Of a stretch of DNA of 64,000 nt, positions 1 to 10,027 are shown piece after piece. Origin of the DNA: an uncultured Planctomycetaceae bacterium. GTDB taxonomy: Bacteria > Planctomycetota > Planctomycetia > Planctomycetales > Planctomycetaceae. Every line of letters starts with the position of its first letter. The first letter of the stretch is position 1. The stretch is taken from NCBI GenBank assembly GCA_963815195.1, contig CAWFGE010000010.1, forward strand, positions 224,001-288,000, in the 5' to 3' direction. Under the pieces are notes generated by a model. That model did not search any database. It was given only the letters and a program-made list of their open reading frames with translations, and was not told where the DNA came from. A program made the position numbers and the translations under genes.

Positions 1-69
1 GGCGGCGATCTCCAAAACCTCATCACCGGCATGATGTCTCAAATCGACAGAATTGAAGGACTTGTCTAG
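1..69 (+). CDS. 3' end of a gene entering from the left edge (unknown product)
   Basis: Open frame GGDLQNLITGMMSQIDRIEGLV ending in TAG at 67-69; too short to identify. Confidence 0.3.
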   Translation, partial: GGDLQNLITGMMSQIDRIEGLV

Positions 70-215
70 AGAGCCAGTAGGGAACCGGTCGTCTGTTCGC
101 AAGCCGTGGAATCGCCAAGATGCATTGAGCCAAGGCCGCTAAGACTCGGATTCCTGTAAATTCCGTCAGCCTGGTCTCGCGGCATCCACGGCAACAAAGC
201 AAAAAACCACCACGC

Positions 216-244
216 TTGACAGCCCTTTCCAAGCCTGCTAATTT
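216..244 (+). promoter_or_regulatory. Sigma70-type promoter for the tRNA
   Basis: TTGACA (216-221), 17-nt spacer ending TGC, TAATTT (239-244), 50 nt upstream of the tRNA. Confidence 0.65.
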
Positions 245-293
245 TCCAACCACATCACCCCCCATCCAATGGGGATCAATTCAGTGATGAATT

Positions 294-366
294 GGGGGAT
301 TAGCTCAGTTGGGAGAGCGTCTGGCTGGCAGCCAGAAGGTCAGGGGTTCGAGTCCCCTATCCTCCA
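294..366 (+). tRNA. tRNA-Ala (anticodon GGC), CCA not encoded
   Basis: Acceptor stem GGGGGAT/ATCCTCC with G3:U70 Ala identity pair; D arm TAGCTCAGTTGGGAGAGC; anticodon arm TCTGG-CTGGCAG-CCAGA; T arm AGGGG-TTCGAGT-CCCCT; discriminator A. Confidence 0.97.
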
Positions 367-1597
367 CTTTTGTACACTGCAATGCATCGAAATCGCTCGA
401 AACCCCTTGAAATACAGGGGTTTCTTCATGCGCTTCATCCACCGCTTCCGAAGTATTTCGACCGATTTCGGTCGGTTGCTGCATCGGATTTTGCAGCGCT
501 TTTTGGAAGTGCTCGTCGGTGATTTGGAGATAGTGGAGCTTCGCCACGTCCTCACTGTTATCGATCCACCCACACACAACATGAGCGGGATATAGCTCGC
601 TGAGTTCGGTCTGCCGGGTTGAGCGGAGATTCTGCCAGATTTTCGGCCAGGGATTCAGCCCGGCTCGCTCAATAATCTTACGGAGCGTCGTTCCCGGGTT
701 GGTGTGAGTCCGCAAATGGACGGGGAGAACATATGCGGTATTTCCCGTCAGTTCCAATTGGTCTTCCAGGTAGGGCCGAAGTTCCGGGAACAATGGGATG
801 ACTCGCGAATTCCCGCCTTCATGGTGCTCTGTCTTCGGGCTGTGGATGGTGATGCGCGAATGCTCCCAATGCACGTCCTCCCATTTCAAGAGGGCCGGTT
901 CGCTCGGCACGCGGAGACCACCGAAACGCGAAAGCGCAAACAGCAATCGCCAATTGGCGTCTGGGCACGCATCGAGGACTTTTTCGGCATCGTCCCGGCT
1001 CAGAAAGTGGTAACGCTTTGGATTGGCCAGGTTAGCGGATTTCAGGTCGGCGAACGGATTGTTCCCGATGAATCCCTTCTTCTTGGCATGGGCGAAAAAC
1101 TGTTTTGCGAATTGGCACCGCTTGCGGACCGTCGTCTCGGACAATTTCGCTTTCAGGAACAACCGCCATTCTTCCGCATCGCCCGCCGTGATCTCAGTGA
1201 CGGGTTTTTCCTTTCCAAAAAACTCCAGCAAGAGCCGGCGAGTTTGCCCCCATACCGTCAATGTCGCATCTTTCACGTCAGTCCGAAGGGCGAAGTAATA
1301 TTTAAGGTACTCTTCCAACGATTTTTCAAGATCCTGTGCAAATTCGGGTTTCGGGATCAGGCCCACGCGGGCGAGGCGTTCCGCCAGGCCGATCTCCAGT
1401 TGGGACACCCAACGAGCCGTTTCGGCATCAAGGGCGTGCCCGGAAAACTTGGCAGACACCAAATGCTCCACTCGAAGTTTGACAGCTTCGGCTTGCTTTT
1501 GCGGCATCTTGCCCAAGCGAATCGTGCGGCGTTTGCCATCGGGAGCGACGAATTGAATCTCACGACGCCCGTTTGGATGGCGAGTGATACTGGCCAT
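305..1597 (-). CDS. Tyrosine recombinase / phage-type integrase (~430 aa)
   Basis: Likely start MASITRHPNGRR at 1597; N-terminal arm and SAM-like core; catalytic region RFGGLRVPSE, HSPKT, QNLRSTR, WIDNS...HY; adjacent to tRNA; stop codon lies inside the tRNA on the antisense strand. Confidence 0.9.
   Translation of the reverse strand: MASITRHPNGRREIQFVAPDGKRRTIRLGKMPQKQAEAVKLRVEHLVSAKFSGHALDAETARWVSQLEIGLAERLARVGLIPKPEFAQDLEKSLEEYLKYYFALRTDVKDATLTVWGQTRRLLLEFFGKEKPVTEITAGDAEEWRLFLKAKLSETTVRKRCQFAKQFFAHAKKKGFIGNNPFADLKSANLANPKRYHFLSRDDAEKVLDACPDANWRLLFALSRFGGLRVPSEPALLKWEDVHWEHSRITIHSPKTEHHEGGNSRVIPLFPELRPYLEDQLELTGNTAYVLPVHLRTHTNPGTTLRKIIERAGLNPWPKIWQNLRSTRQTELSELYPAHVVCGWIDNSEDVAKLHYLQITDEHFQKALQNPMQQPTEIGRNTSEAVDEAHEETPVFQGVSSDFDALQCTKVEDRGLEPLTFWLPARRSPN
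399..424 (+). terminator. Hairpin downstream of tRNA-Ala, probable intrinsic terminator
   Basis: GAAACCCCT-TGAAATAC-AGGGGTTTC followed by TTC; lies within the antisense integrase C-terminus. Confidence 0.55.
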
Positions 1598-1927
1598 TGA
1601 AGGATCCTTTCTAAAACCTGCGCCAGGTAACGGCCACAAACGTCCCGCACAAAAGGGAAACGCCCGTGGCCAAAGGGAATGGCCGGAACATGCAACAACT
1701 TCATTATTCACTTCCGAGATTTTGAAATCCAGTATTTTTTGGGTTAATTGATCAAATCAATCCTCGCTTTGCACGTCGTTCGTTCTCTGGTGTGTTATGA
1801 CGGACTTTCACCTCGTTTCCAAGCTCCCGCGAAAAAGCGCATCCATGCGGAAGTTGGGGTTGAACATTTGCCGAGATCCGCGGAAGATGACATGGCTTGC
1901 GCCGATTGGACTTCGCAGGAAAAGGCA

Positions 1928-2130
1928 ATGAATATTACCAAAGAACAACTTGAGGCGGCCGAACACGGGAATGCCGTGGAAATCGACGAGAACGGCAAGC
2001 GATTTGTGCTTCTCAGCGGGGAAATCTTTGACCGTGTGCGGAAGCTGCTCTGGCAAATTCCTTCGAGGCCAACGGCTGGGATGCGCCGGGAATGGAGGAA
2101 TACGACAATTACGACGAGCATCGACGATGA
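1928..2130 (+). CDS. Putative antitoxin (~67 aa), one frameshift near 2050
   Basis: MNITKEQLEAAEHGNAVEIDENGKRFVLLS... continues in another frame as ANSFEANGWDAPGMEEYDNYDEHRR*; acidic tail; ATGA overlap with the toxin start. Confidence 0.7.
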
Positions 2131-2473
2131 ACAGGGGAGATGTGATCATCACGTATATTCCCCACGTCGGTTCTCACGGCGGGTCGAAACGTCCTGGTCT
2201 TGTTGTGCAGTCGGACACCAATAACGCCCGGATGAATGAAACGATCATCGCGGCGATCACCTCGAACATCTCCCGTGTTCAGGAACCGCATCAACTCCTG
2301 ATTGATCTTTCGACTCCAGAAGGCAAGGCGTCGGGATTGCTCCACGACTGGTTCGCTGCGAGCGGCTCCACACGATTCCCCAGGCCAACATAGACCGGGT
2401 GATCGGAAGTCTTTCGGATGACTTGATGAAGCAGATTGATGTGTGTTTGAAGGCGGCGTTGGGGATTTCGTAG
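2127..2473 (+). CDS. PemK/MazF-family toxin (endoribonuclease), one frameshift near 2350
   Basis: MNRGDVIITYIP...GSKRPGLVVQSD...TIIAAITSN, then after the shift VRCERLHTIPQANIDRVIGSLSDDLMKQIDVCLKAALGIS*. Confidence 0.88.
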
Positions 2474-2496
2474 CTGAGCGTCGCAAATGCCGTCGA

Positions 2497-2952
2497 CTAT
2501 TGAAAGTCGGGGCGGGTCAGTGGTTGCCGGTAATACTCGATCTTCGCCAAAAGCTGACGATACTTTTGGGGGCCGATGTTGAGTTGCTGGAATCGGTTCT
2601 TGAGGCCCACGAGCATGTCCGCTTCCGAGAGCCGGCACCAATCCCAGGCCATCATCTCAAAATTGAACCAGCCGGCCGTCTCCCAGGCCACCAATCGCAT
2701 TTCTTGAATGTCGTCCCGCGTGTATCCGCGCTGAATTAGCTCATTGGCAAAGGCGGCGTAATATTCCGGATCGTGATCCGTGTCGAGGACCTCTTCCAGA
2801 ACGCATTCCCAGGATGTCAGGTTCGGCATTCGCGGCAACTTTGCGGAATCGTCTGCGCCGAGTTCGTCGAGAACTCGCAGCCCATCGAGAATCCGCCCGT
2901 TCCGCGCGACGCCTTTCAGGAACCGTTTTGTAATGAACCGGGCTGTGAACAT
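2497..2952 (-). CDS. Hypothetical protein (151 aa)
   Basis: Clean ORF with protein-like composition and GGAAGGGGG upstream; convergent on the toxin gene. Confidence 0.65.
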   Translation of the reverse strand: MFTARFITKRFLKGVARNGRILDGLRVLDELGADDSAKLPRMPNLTSWECVLEEVLDTDHDPEYYAAFANELIQRGYTRDDIQEMRLVAWETAGWFNFEMMAWDWCRLSEADMLVGLKNRFQQLNIGPQKYRQLLAKIEYYRQPLTRPDFQ

Positions 2953-3137
2953 CCGGCCCCCCTTCCAAGGTTACTGAATGATCCCATCCATTCTACGAAT
3001 CGAACCCGCCGCCGAACAAGAACCAAAGCGGCCCGATCAGATCAGAGACATTGCGGCTTTGTGTGTTATGATGGAGGCAGGTTTCGGCAGCGAACCCTGC
3101 AACACAAAAACTTCCCGGCGAAAGGCGGCTGCGGTCC

Positions 3138-3359
3138 ATGCTCGGCGATTTGATTGATCGGATAATGAGAAGCGTCGAGCAGGGCGTCGTAGTATTTTTA
3201 GGGCTGTTGTGCTGCCTGATCTTCGCCGTGAACGCCGTGCTGCTGATCTATCTCATCATGCGAAAAAGCAGCCACGGCCTGGCCCGCTGCCCGCGTTGCG
3301 GCCGGATGATCGCCTGTCCCCACTGCGCGGAAGACGATGAAGCCGAGGACGAGGCTTGA
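3138..3359 (+). CDS. Small membrane protein with CxxC-x5-CxxC zinc-ribbon-like motif
   Basis: One hydrophobic segment, then CPRC...CPHC and an acidic tail. Confidence 0.6.
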   Translation: MLGDLIDRIMRSVEQGVVVFLGLLCCLIFAVNAVLLIYLIMRKSSHGLARCPRCGRMIACPHCAEDDEAEDEA

Positions 3360-3453
3360 TCCGCCGTCGCGCAGCTTTCATGCAGCCTTGCGGGCAATTG
3401 CAGGAAGCCGCTCGGAGCGTTACGCTGCATTGAACGCTGATTTTATTGAAAAT

Positions 3454-3535
3454 CTGAGCGGTAGGCGCTAGCCTCCGGTTTCGATGAAAGCAGACTCACA
3501 AAGTCAAAACCGGAGGTGAGCGTCTTGCCGCTCAG
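3454..3535. repeat. REP-like inverted-repeat doublet (GCGCTAGCC family)
   Basis: CTGAGCGGTAGGCGCTAGCCTCCGGTTT ... AAACCGGAGGTGAGCGTCTTGCCGCTCAG. Confidence 0.75.
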
Positions 3536-3594
3536 TTTTGCAGAGGAATATTTTGAAATACTTTTTGCGAGATTTGATTAAGGAGCCGCGCTGA

Positions 3595-5169
3595 ATGGCG
3601 CTTTCGACCGAGACGACCGACTGTCCTCTGGTGCGTTTGCATCCCGAGGACAACGTCGCGATTGCCAAACGTTCTGTGAAGAAAGATGTCCCTTTGACCT
3701 TCGCCCACGATGGTTCCACGCTCACCACGCGGGACGACATCGACTTGGGGCACAAGATGGCTTTGGTGCCGATCCCCGCCGGGCAGCCGGTGCGGAAGTT
3801 CGGCCAGATGATCGGCTTCGCCAATGCCGACATCGCTCCCGGCGAGTGGGTGCATTCGCACAACCTGGGCGTCGGCGAACTGCATTTGGATTATGCCTAC
3901 GCCAGCGAGACTCCGCCCGATCCCCAGCCCATCACCGGCCGGACGTTTATGGGTTACCGCCGCAGTGACGGCCGGGCCGCGACGCGGAACTACATCGGCC
4001 TCGTCAGCACGGTGAACTGCTCGGCGACCACCTCGAAATACGTCGCCCAGGCCATCTCGCCGATGATTTTGAAGGAGTTCCCCCACATCGATGGCATCGT
4101 GCCGTTGGTTCACAAAGGCGGCTGCGCAATGCAGCTCGAAGGCGAAGACCATCACCAGTTGGCCCGCACGCTCGCGGGGTTTGCCCGGCATCCGAACATC
4201 GCGGCTTATCTCGTGTTGGGCTTGGGCTGCGAGACGGCCCAGGCTTCGTTTCTGGTCGATCACCATCATCTCGTCCAACTCGAAGGCGGCAACAACGGCC
4301 GGCCAGAAAACAAATGGCCGCTGGTGATGAACATCCAGGACTACGGCGGCGTGCGGAAGACCGTGGACCGGGCCATCGGCGTTTTGAAGGAAATGCTGCC
4401 GAGGGCGAACGACGTGAAACGCGAGCCGATCCCCGCCGCCGAACTGATCCTGGGCACCGAATGCGGCGGCAGCGACGGGAACAGCGGCGTCACGGCGAAC
4501 CCGGCCGTGGGCATCGCCAGCGATCTGATGGTCGCCCACGGCGGCACGACGATCCTCAGCGAGACCACCGAAATCTACGGCGGCGAACACACCCTCACCC
4601 GCCGGGCCGTCAGCCGCGAGGTCGGCGAAAAACTCGTCGAGCGGATCAAATGGTGGGAGTGGTACACCAAAACCTTCAACATGACGATCGACAACAACCC
4701 CTCCGTCGGAAACAAGAAAGGCGGACTGACGACGATCTACGAAAAATCGCTGGGAGCGATCGCCAAGGGCGGCAGCACGGCCCTCAAACAAGTTTACCGC
4801 TACGCCGAGCCGGTGACGGAAAAAGGTTTCGTGATCATGGACACGCCCGGTTTCGATCCGGCTTCGGTCACCGGCATGGTCGCGGGCGGGGCGAACGTCG
4901 TCGTCTTTACGACAGGCCGCGGAAGCTGCTTCGGCTGCAAGCCCGTCCCCACAATCAAAATCGCCACCAACACGCCGATGTACGAGCGCATGATCGACGA
5001 CATGGACATCAACGCCGGCCGAATTATTGATGGAGCCGCCGTCGAAGACGTCGGCCGGGAGATTTTCGAGAAAATCCTCGCCGTCGCCGGCGGCGAAAAA
5101 ACCAAAAGCGAGCAACAAAACATCGGCGACGAGGAGTTCTGCCCCTGGACCTTCGGCCCGGTGTTGTGA
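3595..5169 (+). CDS. uxaA: UxaA/GarD-family sugar-acid (altronate-type) dehydratase with N-terminal SAF domain
   Basis: LHPEDNVAIA, GHKMAL, GEWVHSHN, RNY...TVNCS, GLGCE, ECGGSDGNSG.TANPAVG, FTTGRGS motifs. Confidence 0.88.
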   Translation: MALSTETTDCPLVRLHPEDNVAIAKRSVKKDVPLTFAHDGSTLTTRDDIDLGHKMALVPIPAGQPVRKFGQMIGFANADIAPGEWVHSHNLGVGELHLDYAYASETPPDPQPITGRTFMGYRRSDGRAATRNYIGLVSTVNCSATTSKYVAQAISPMILKEFPHIDGIVPLVHKGGCAMQLEGEDHHQLARTLAGFARHPNIAAYLVLGLGCETAQASFLVDHHHLVQLEGGNNGRPENKWPLVMNIQDYGGVRKTVDRAIGVLKEMLPRANDVKREPIPAAELILGTECGGSDGNSGVTANPAVGIASDLMVAHGGTTILSETTEIYGGEHTLTRRAVSREVGEKLVERIKWWEWYTKTFNMTIDNNPSVGNKKGGLTTIYEKSLGAIAKGGSTALKQVYRYAEPVTEKGFVIMDTPGFDPASVTGMVAGGANVVVFTTGRGSCFGCKPVPTIKIATNTPMYERMIDDMDINAGRIIDGAAVEDVGREIFEKILAVAGGEKTKSEQQNIGDEEFCPWTFGPVL

Positions 5170-5192
5170 AATCCAGTGAAAGAGCGAAATAC

Positions 5193-6471
5193 ATGCGGGT
5201 GACTTTGGACTATGGCAAAACGGGATTGGAAGTCACGATCCCCGAGGCGAACGCGGTGGGGCCGTTGGAAATCCGGCGAGTCCAACCGCTCGACGATCCC
5301 GCCGGGGAACTGAGGGCGATTCTCGCGAACCCCATCGGCACGCCCGCTTTGCGCGAAATCGCCCAGGGCAAAAAGTCCGCCTGCATTTTGATCTGCGATG
5401 TGACCCGGCCTGTGCCGAACGAGCTCTTGCTGATAGGGATTTTGGAAACGCTCGAAGACGCCGGCGTCCCGCGCCGGGATTCTGCTCCTGATCGCCACGG
5501 GGCTGCATCGTCCGAATGAAGGGCGGGAACTTGTGGAACTCGTCGGCGAGAACATCGCCCGCAATTACCGCATCGAAAACCACGTCGGCAAGGACTTAAG
5601 TTCGCATCGTTACTTGGGAGAATCGCCGCGCGAGGTGCCGGTGTGGATCGATGAGCGGTATCTCGATGCCGAACTCAAGATCGCCACGGGCCTCATTGAG
5701 CCGCACATGATGGCCGGCTACTCCGGCGGGCGAAAGCTGATCTGTCCCGGCATCGCGGGGATCGAGACGATTCGGGAATGGCATAGCCCCCGGTTTTTGG
5801 AGCATCCGCGGGCCGACTGCGGCCTCTTGGAAGGCAATCCCGTTCACGAAGAAAACACCGCCATCGCCCGCATGGCCGGCTGCGATTTTATCGTGAACGT
5901 GACGCTCGATAAAACTCGTCAGATCACTTCCGTTGTCGCGGGCGATATGGAGCAAGCCTTCGAAGCGGGCGTGACGTTCGCGGAGCACATCCTGCGGGCC
6001 GAGCTTCCCGAACCCTGCGAAATCGTGGTCACCTCAAGCGCCGGCTATCCGCTCGATGCGACGTTTTATCAATCTGTCAAAGGCCTGACCGGCGTTTTGC
6101 CCATTGTGCAAGAAGGGGGGACGATCATCATTGCGGCCCGCATCAGCGAAGGCATCGGCAGCCCGGAGTTCGAGCGGTTGTTCGACGAGCACGAAAGCCT
6201 CGATGCCTTCATGCGGCAAATCATCGACCCGGAGTATTTTGTGATGGACCAATGGCAGTTGGAAGAACTCGCCAAAGTCCGCCGCAAGGCGAGGGTGATT
6301 TACGTCAGCGAAGGTCTGCCCGCGAAAACCTTTGAGCGGCTATTTGTCGAGTCCGCCTCCAGCGTGGAAGCCGCGATTGAAATTGCATTGAAGGAACATG
6401 GCCCCGACGCAAAAATCGCGGTCGTCCCCAAAGGGCCTTATGTGCTCACCCAACTGGCGGAGACGGTGTAA
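5193..6471 (+). CDS. larA: Nickel-pincer-dependent lactate racemase (LarA) family protein, frameshift near 5475
   Basis: CDVTRPVPN, then [42 protein letters not shown]; two ORF pieces join with one frameshift. Confidence 0.88.
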
Positions 6472-6475
6472 ATCG

Positions 6476-6654
6476 CTCAAACTGTAAGCGTCCGGGTGGC
6501 TGGGCGCAGATTCCGCGATGAATAAAGTGATGCTAGCGAAGACTGGGGCAATGGACGCGAAAGAACCAACTCCCATCGCCCCAGTTTTCGGAGCGCGTTT
6601 TTCGTTTGATCCATTCCTGTGCGCCCCAGCCACCCTCACCCCTTACCGTTTGAG
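6476..6654. repeat. MITE/REPIN-like element with nested inverted repeats
   Basis: Outer CTCAAACTGTAAG (6476-6488) / CTTACCGTTTGAG (6642-6654); inner GGGTGGCTGGGCGCA (6494-6508) / TGCGCCCCAGCCACCC (6620-6635). Confidence 0.8.
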
Positions 6655-6699
6655 TAAATGAGTAACTGTTTTCTATTCACCCTAGATGTAAGGACCACG

Positions 6700-8128
6700 A
6701 TGATGCGAAGACTGTTGACTGTTGGCCTGGCGCTCGCGATCGGGACGCTCGCGTTCTCGTCCCAGGCCTGGGCGGAACTGAAGCTCCCGGCGATGTTCAC
6801 GGACGGGGCGGTGCTCCAGCAGAATATGGAAGTCCCGGTCTGGGGTTGGGCCGATCCCGGCAAGGAAGTGCAAGTATCCTTTGCAGGCCAAACCAAATCC
6901 GCGAAAGCCAACGACGACGGCAAATGGTCCGTCAAGCTCGACAAGTTGAAAGTCAACAAAGCCGGCTGCGGAAATCCAGGTGAAGAGCGGCGACGATTCG
7001 CTTTCCGTCAAAGATGTCCTCGTCGGCGAAGTCTGGTTTTGCTCCGGGCAGTCCAACATGGAATTTGCGGTCCGAGGTTCGGTGAGGCCGGAGTCGGTCA
7101 ACCCGGACGAACTGCCGATGATCCGGCACATCAAAGTCCCCCACGTCCGCGCTCCGGAACCGGCCGACGATTTCAAAGGCGAATGGACGGTTTGCGATAA
7201 AAACAACGTCGGCAATTTCACCGCGGTCGGGTTCTTTTTCGCCTACGAGTTGCAAAAGGAACTCGATGTGCCCATCGGCCTCATCGGCTGCAACTGGGGC
7301 GGGACGCGGATCGAACCTTGGACGCCTCCCGCCGGTTTTGAAAAAGTCGAAGAACTCGACGCGAAATCGCTCAAAGACACTTCCAGCATGTACAACGGCA
7401 TGGTCGCCGCGGTCGAGCCTTACGCGATCCGCGGGGCGATCTGGTATCAAGGGGAATCCAACGGCAACGAAGGCGAAAGCTATTACCAGAAGATGCGGGC
7501 GCTCGTCGCCGGCTGGCGGGCGACCTGGCACGAAGGCGATTTTCCGTTCTACTTCGTGCAACTCGCCAATTTCCGCCAGCCCAATCCCGATCCGGCGGGC
7601 GGCGACGGCTATGCGAAACTCCGCGACGCCCAGCTCAAGTCCATGAAAAACATCCCCCACACCGGCATGGCCTGCATCATCGACATCGGCGAAGCCGGCG
7701 ACATTCATCCCAAGAACAAATACGACGTGGGCAAACGCCTGGCTCTGTGGGCGCTCGCCAAGGACTACGGGAAAAAGGATCTCGTTTATAGCGGCCCCAT
7801 CTATAAAAGCATGAAAGTCGAAGGCGACGAGGTGCACATCAAATTCGACCACGTCGGCGGCGGATTGATGGCCGCGAAGAAAGAAGGCCCCCGCAGCATC
7901 GAACCGCCCAAGCCCGCCGAGAAGCTGGAAGGTTTTGCGATTCAAGGGGCCGACGGCAAATGGCATTGGGCCGATGCCTCGATTGAGGGTGACGAAGTCG
8001 TCGTGACTTCGCCCGACGTCGACAAACCCAAAGCCGTCCGCTACGCGTTTTCGATGAACCCCGACAAAGCCAACCTCTACAACAAGGAAAACCTTCCGGC
8101 GAGCCCCTTCCGCACGGATGAGGATTGA
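6700..8128 (+). CDS. Secreted sialate O-acetylesterase (SASA) family protein, frameshift near 6968
   Basis: Signal peptide; LPAMFTDGAVLQQ..VPVWG, GEVWFCSGQSNM, WGGTRIEPW, WYQGESN, DIHPKNK, LPASPFRTD. Confidence 0.9.
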
Positions 8129-8240
8129 CGGTTTGAGGAGCAAAGGCCGCAAAGTATGTTTCAGGAGAGCCAGGATCCGAAGCGTCGTCTTTCGGATGCT
8201 GGCTCTTCGATTTATTGTGACCGTGTAGTTGGAAAGTCGC

Positions 8241-8816
8241 TCAGTCGGCGTCGGGTGTCGAGCGGGGCTGCGGATCGTTGTTCGAGGAGTTCTTCATCCG
8301 CCGCGGTTCCTGCTCGAACTGCCGGACGGGATCTTCCGGAATGGGAACCGGAAAGTCCTGGCTGATGCCCAGTGGCGAATAGCCTTCCGGCATCACCGGG
8401 CCGGCCTCGCGAGACGAAGGATGCTGCGAGGAGCGGGAACCCATGGGTTCCGAACTCATCCCCGAGGATCGGCTCTGGCTGTCGCCGTCGTCCCACTGCG
8501 GCACGGGATCGGATTCCGAATCCACGCGGCCGCGCGCTTTGAGAATGTAGGACACGTCGCCGATTGTGATTTCATCGCCCAGCTTTACGGTGGCTTCTTT
8601 TTTGACCCGCCGGCCGTTCAAGCGGATGCCGTTCATGCTGCCCAGATCCCGGATCACAATTCGCGACTCCACCTGGGCGAGGCAGCAATGCTTGCGGGAG
8701 ACCTTCCGGCTCGCTTTGAGGATCACATCGCATTCGGGATGCCGGCCGATGAACACGACCGCCTTGTCCAACACGATGGGGCGTCCTCGATCGACGGGAA
8801 TCAAATACACTGCCAT
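8241..8816 (-). CDS. FHA-domain protein with disordered C-terminus
   Basis: IGRHPECDV, VSRKHC, DLGSMNGIRLNG FHA motifs. Confidence 0.9.
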   Translation of the reverse strand: MAVYLIPVDRGRPIVLDKAVVFIGRHPECDVILKASRKVSRKHCCLAQVESRIVIRDLGSMNGIRLNGRRVKKEATVKLGDEITIGDVSYILKARGRVDSESDPVPQWDDGDSQSRSSGMSSEPMGSRSSQHPSSREAGPVMPEGYSPLGISQDFPVPIPEDPVRQFEQEPRRMKNSSNNDPQPRSTPDAD

Positions 8817-9108
8817 CTTGGGCCCTTTTGGGGGAAATCGCTCTAAGCGGTCTTGAATTGTCGCCCGACGGAGGCGAGCTTCCACGCGTTTGGATCGGCA
8901 CCCTGGCGCACTTCCCCTCATCTTACCGCAATTCAAATCGGGAAGAAAAGACTTTCTCGAAAGAAATCGACGGTGGGAAACCCGTGAGCGGAACGCTCCT
9001 AGGCGCCGGTGTGCCGCTCAAAGGCCGCCAACGCAAGCGAGCGGCCGGTTAGGGCCGCTCGAAGGATTTTTCGGGTTTTGCCGTCTGAAAGAGTTTCGCA
9101 CCCGCGCG

Positions 9109-9690
9109 TCAAACTCGCAGGCTCCACACAACGACCGACCAGGTGGCCACCGCCACGGGAACCGCATAGGCCATGATTCGCCGTTTCTGTTTCTGTTCGA
9201 CGCTTTCGGCCTTTTGCTTTTTCCCCGATTGGCCGGGCTGATCGGTGCCGATGTATTTGCGTTTGGCTTTTTTGGGTCCGTAGCGGAGGACGCTCCACAG
9301 CATCACGCCCATTGTGGAAAGCATCACTACGAGCGTGCTGACAATCAGCACGCGAAGCGTCAGCGTCACGCCGAGCCAGACGCTGAGCGCGCCCATCAGC
9401 TTCACATCGCCTCCGCCGCCTCCGCCGATCATCCACAGGACAAACAGCGTCCCAAATCCCGCCAAAAAGCCGAGCAAAGCGCTTTGAAGACCCGCCCCGG
9501 CGAGGGTCCCGTCGCCCGACCAGCCATTGAACGCGGTCTGATAGATCAATCCCGAGACGAACATGGGCAGCGTCAGCGCATTGGGAATGCGCAGAAATCG
9601 GCTGTCGGAAACCGCGCCGGCGAGCGTGAACCCGCCCACGGCTACGAGAAACACGATGAGTTGGAACGTCACGTCCGGCATGGCTGGCAT
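9109..9690 (-). CDS. Prepilin peptidase, A24 family (CpaA/TadV-like)
   Basis: SD...RIPNALT, GGGDVKLMGAL, YAVPVA; multiple TM segments. Confidence 0.85.
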   Translation of the reverse strand: MPAMPDVTFQLIVFLVAVGGFTLAGAVSDSRFLRIPNALTLPMFVSGLIYQTAFNGWSGDGTLAGAGLQSALLGFLAGFGTLFVLWMIGGGGGGDVKLMGALSVWLGVTLTLRVLIVSTLVVMLSTMGVMLWSVLRYGPKKAKRKYIGTDQPGQSGKKQKAESVEQKQKRRIMAYAVPVAVATWSVVVWSLRV

Positions 9691-9872
9691 CCGCGGGGAA
9701 AGAGGCGGGACGATGCCGGCCGGCCCGCAAAGACCGGGCCGGCATCCTGCCCCAAGTCCAGCCGTCCCTGCCGAACAGTTTCACCATTCCTTGTGGAGAA
9801 CGTAGCTCACGTTTCCCCAAACCGCCCGCACCACTTTCCCATTTTGGCGAAGTTTCCCCGACTTGCTGCCAC

Positions 9873-9956
9873 TTGGGTGGCACGTCCCTGAGCGCAGCGA
9901 AGGGCGTGGCGAACGTGAAGACCACGCCCTTCGTTCCTCAGGGACGTGCCACCCAA
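9873..9956. repeat. REP-like long hairpin (GGGTGGCACGTCCC family)
   Basis: TTGGGTGGCACGTCCCTGAG..CGAAGGGCGTGG ... CCACGCCCTTCG..CTCAGGGACGTGCCACCCAA. Confidence 0.8.
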
Positions 9957-10027
9957 TCCGCGACTTCGGCGGGAAATCTGTTACAATCAGGCGGACCATT
10001 CTCAGCCGATTGACCGGGAGATTTGTG

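Noticed and set aside
6476..6654. Integron attC site
   Set aside because: Ends CTCAAAC/GTTTGAG do not fit RYYYAAC/GTTRRRY, flanking genes are not cassette-like, and the integrase in the window does not look like IntI
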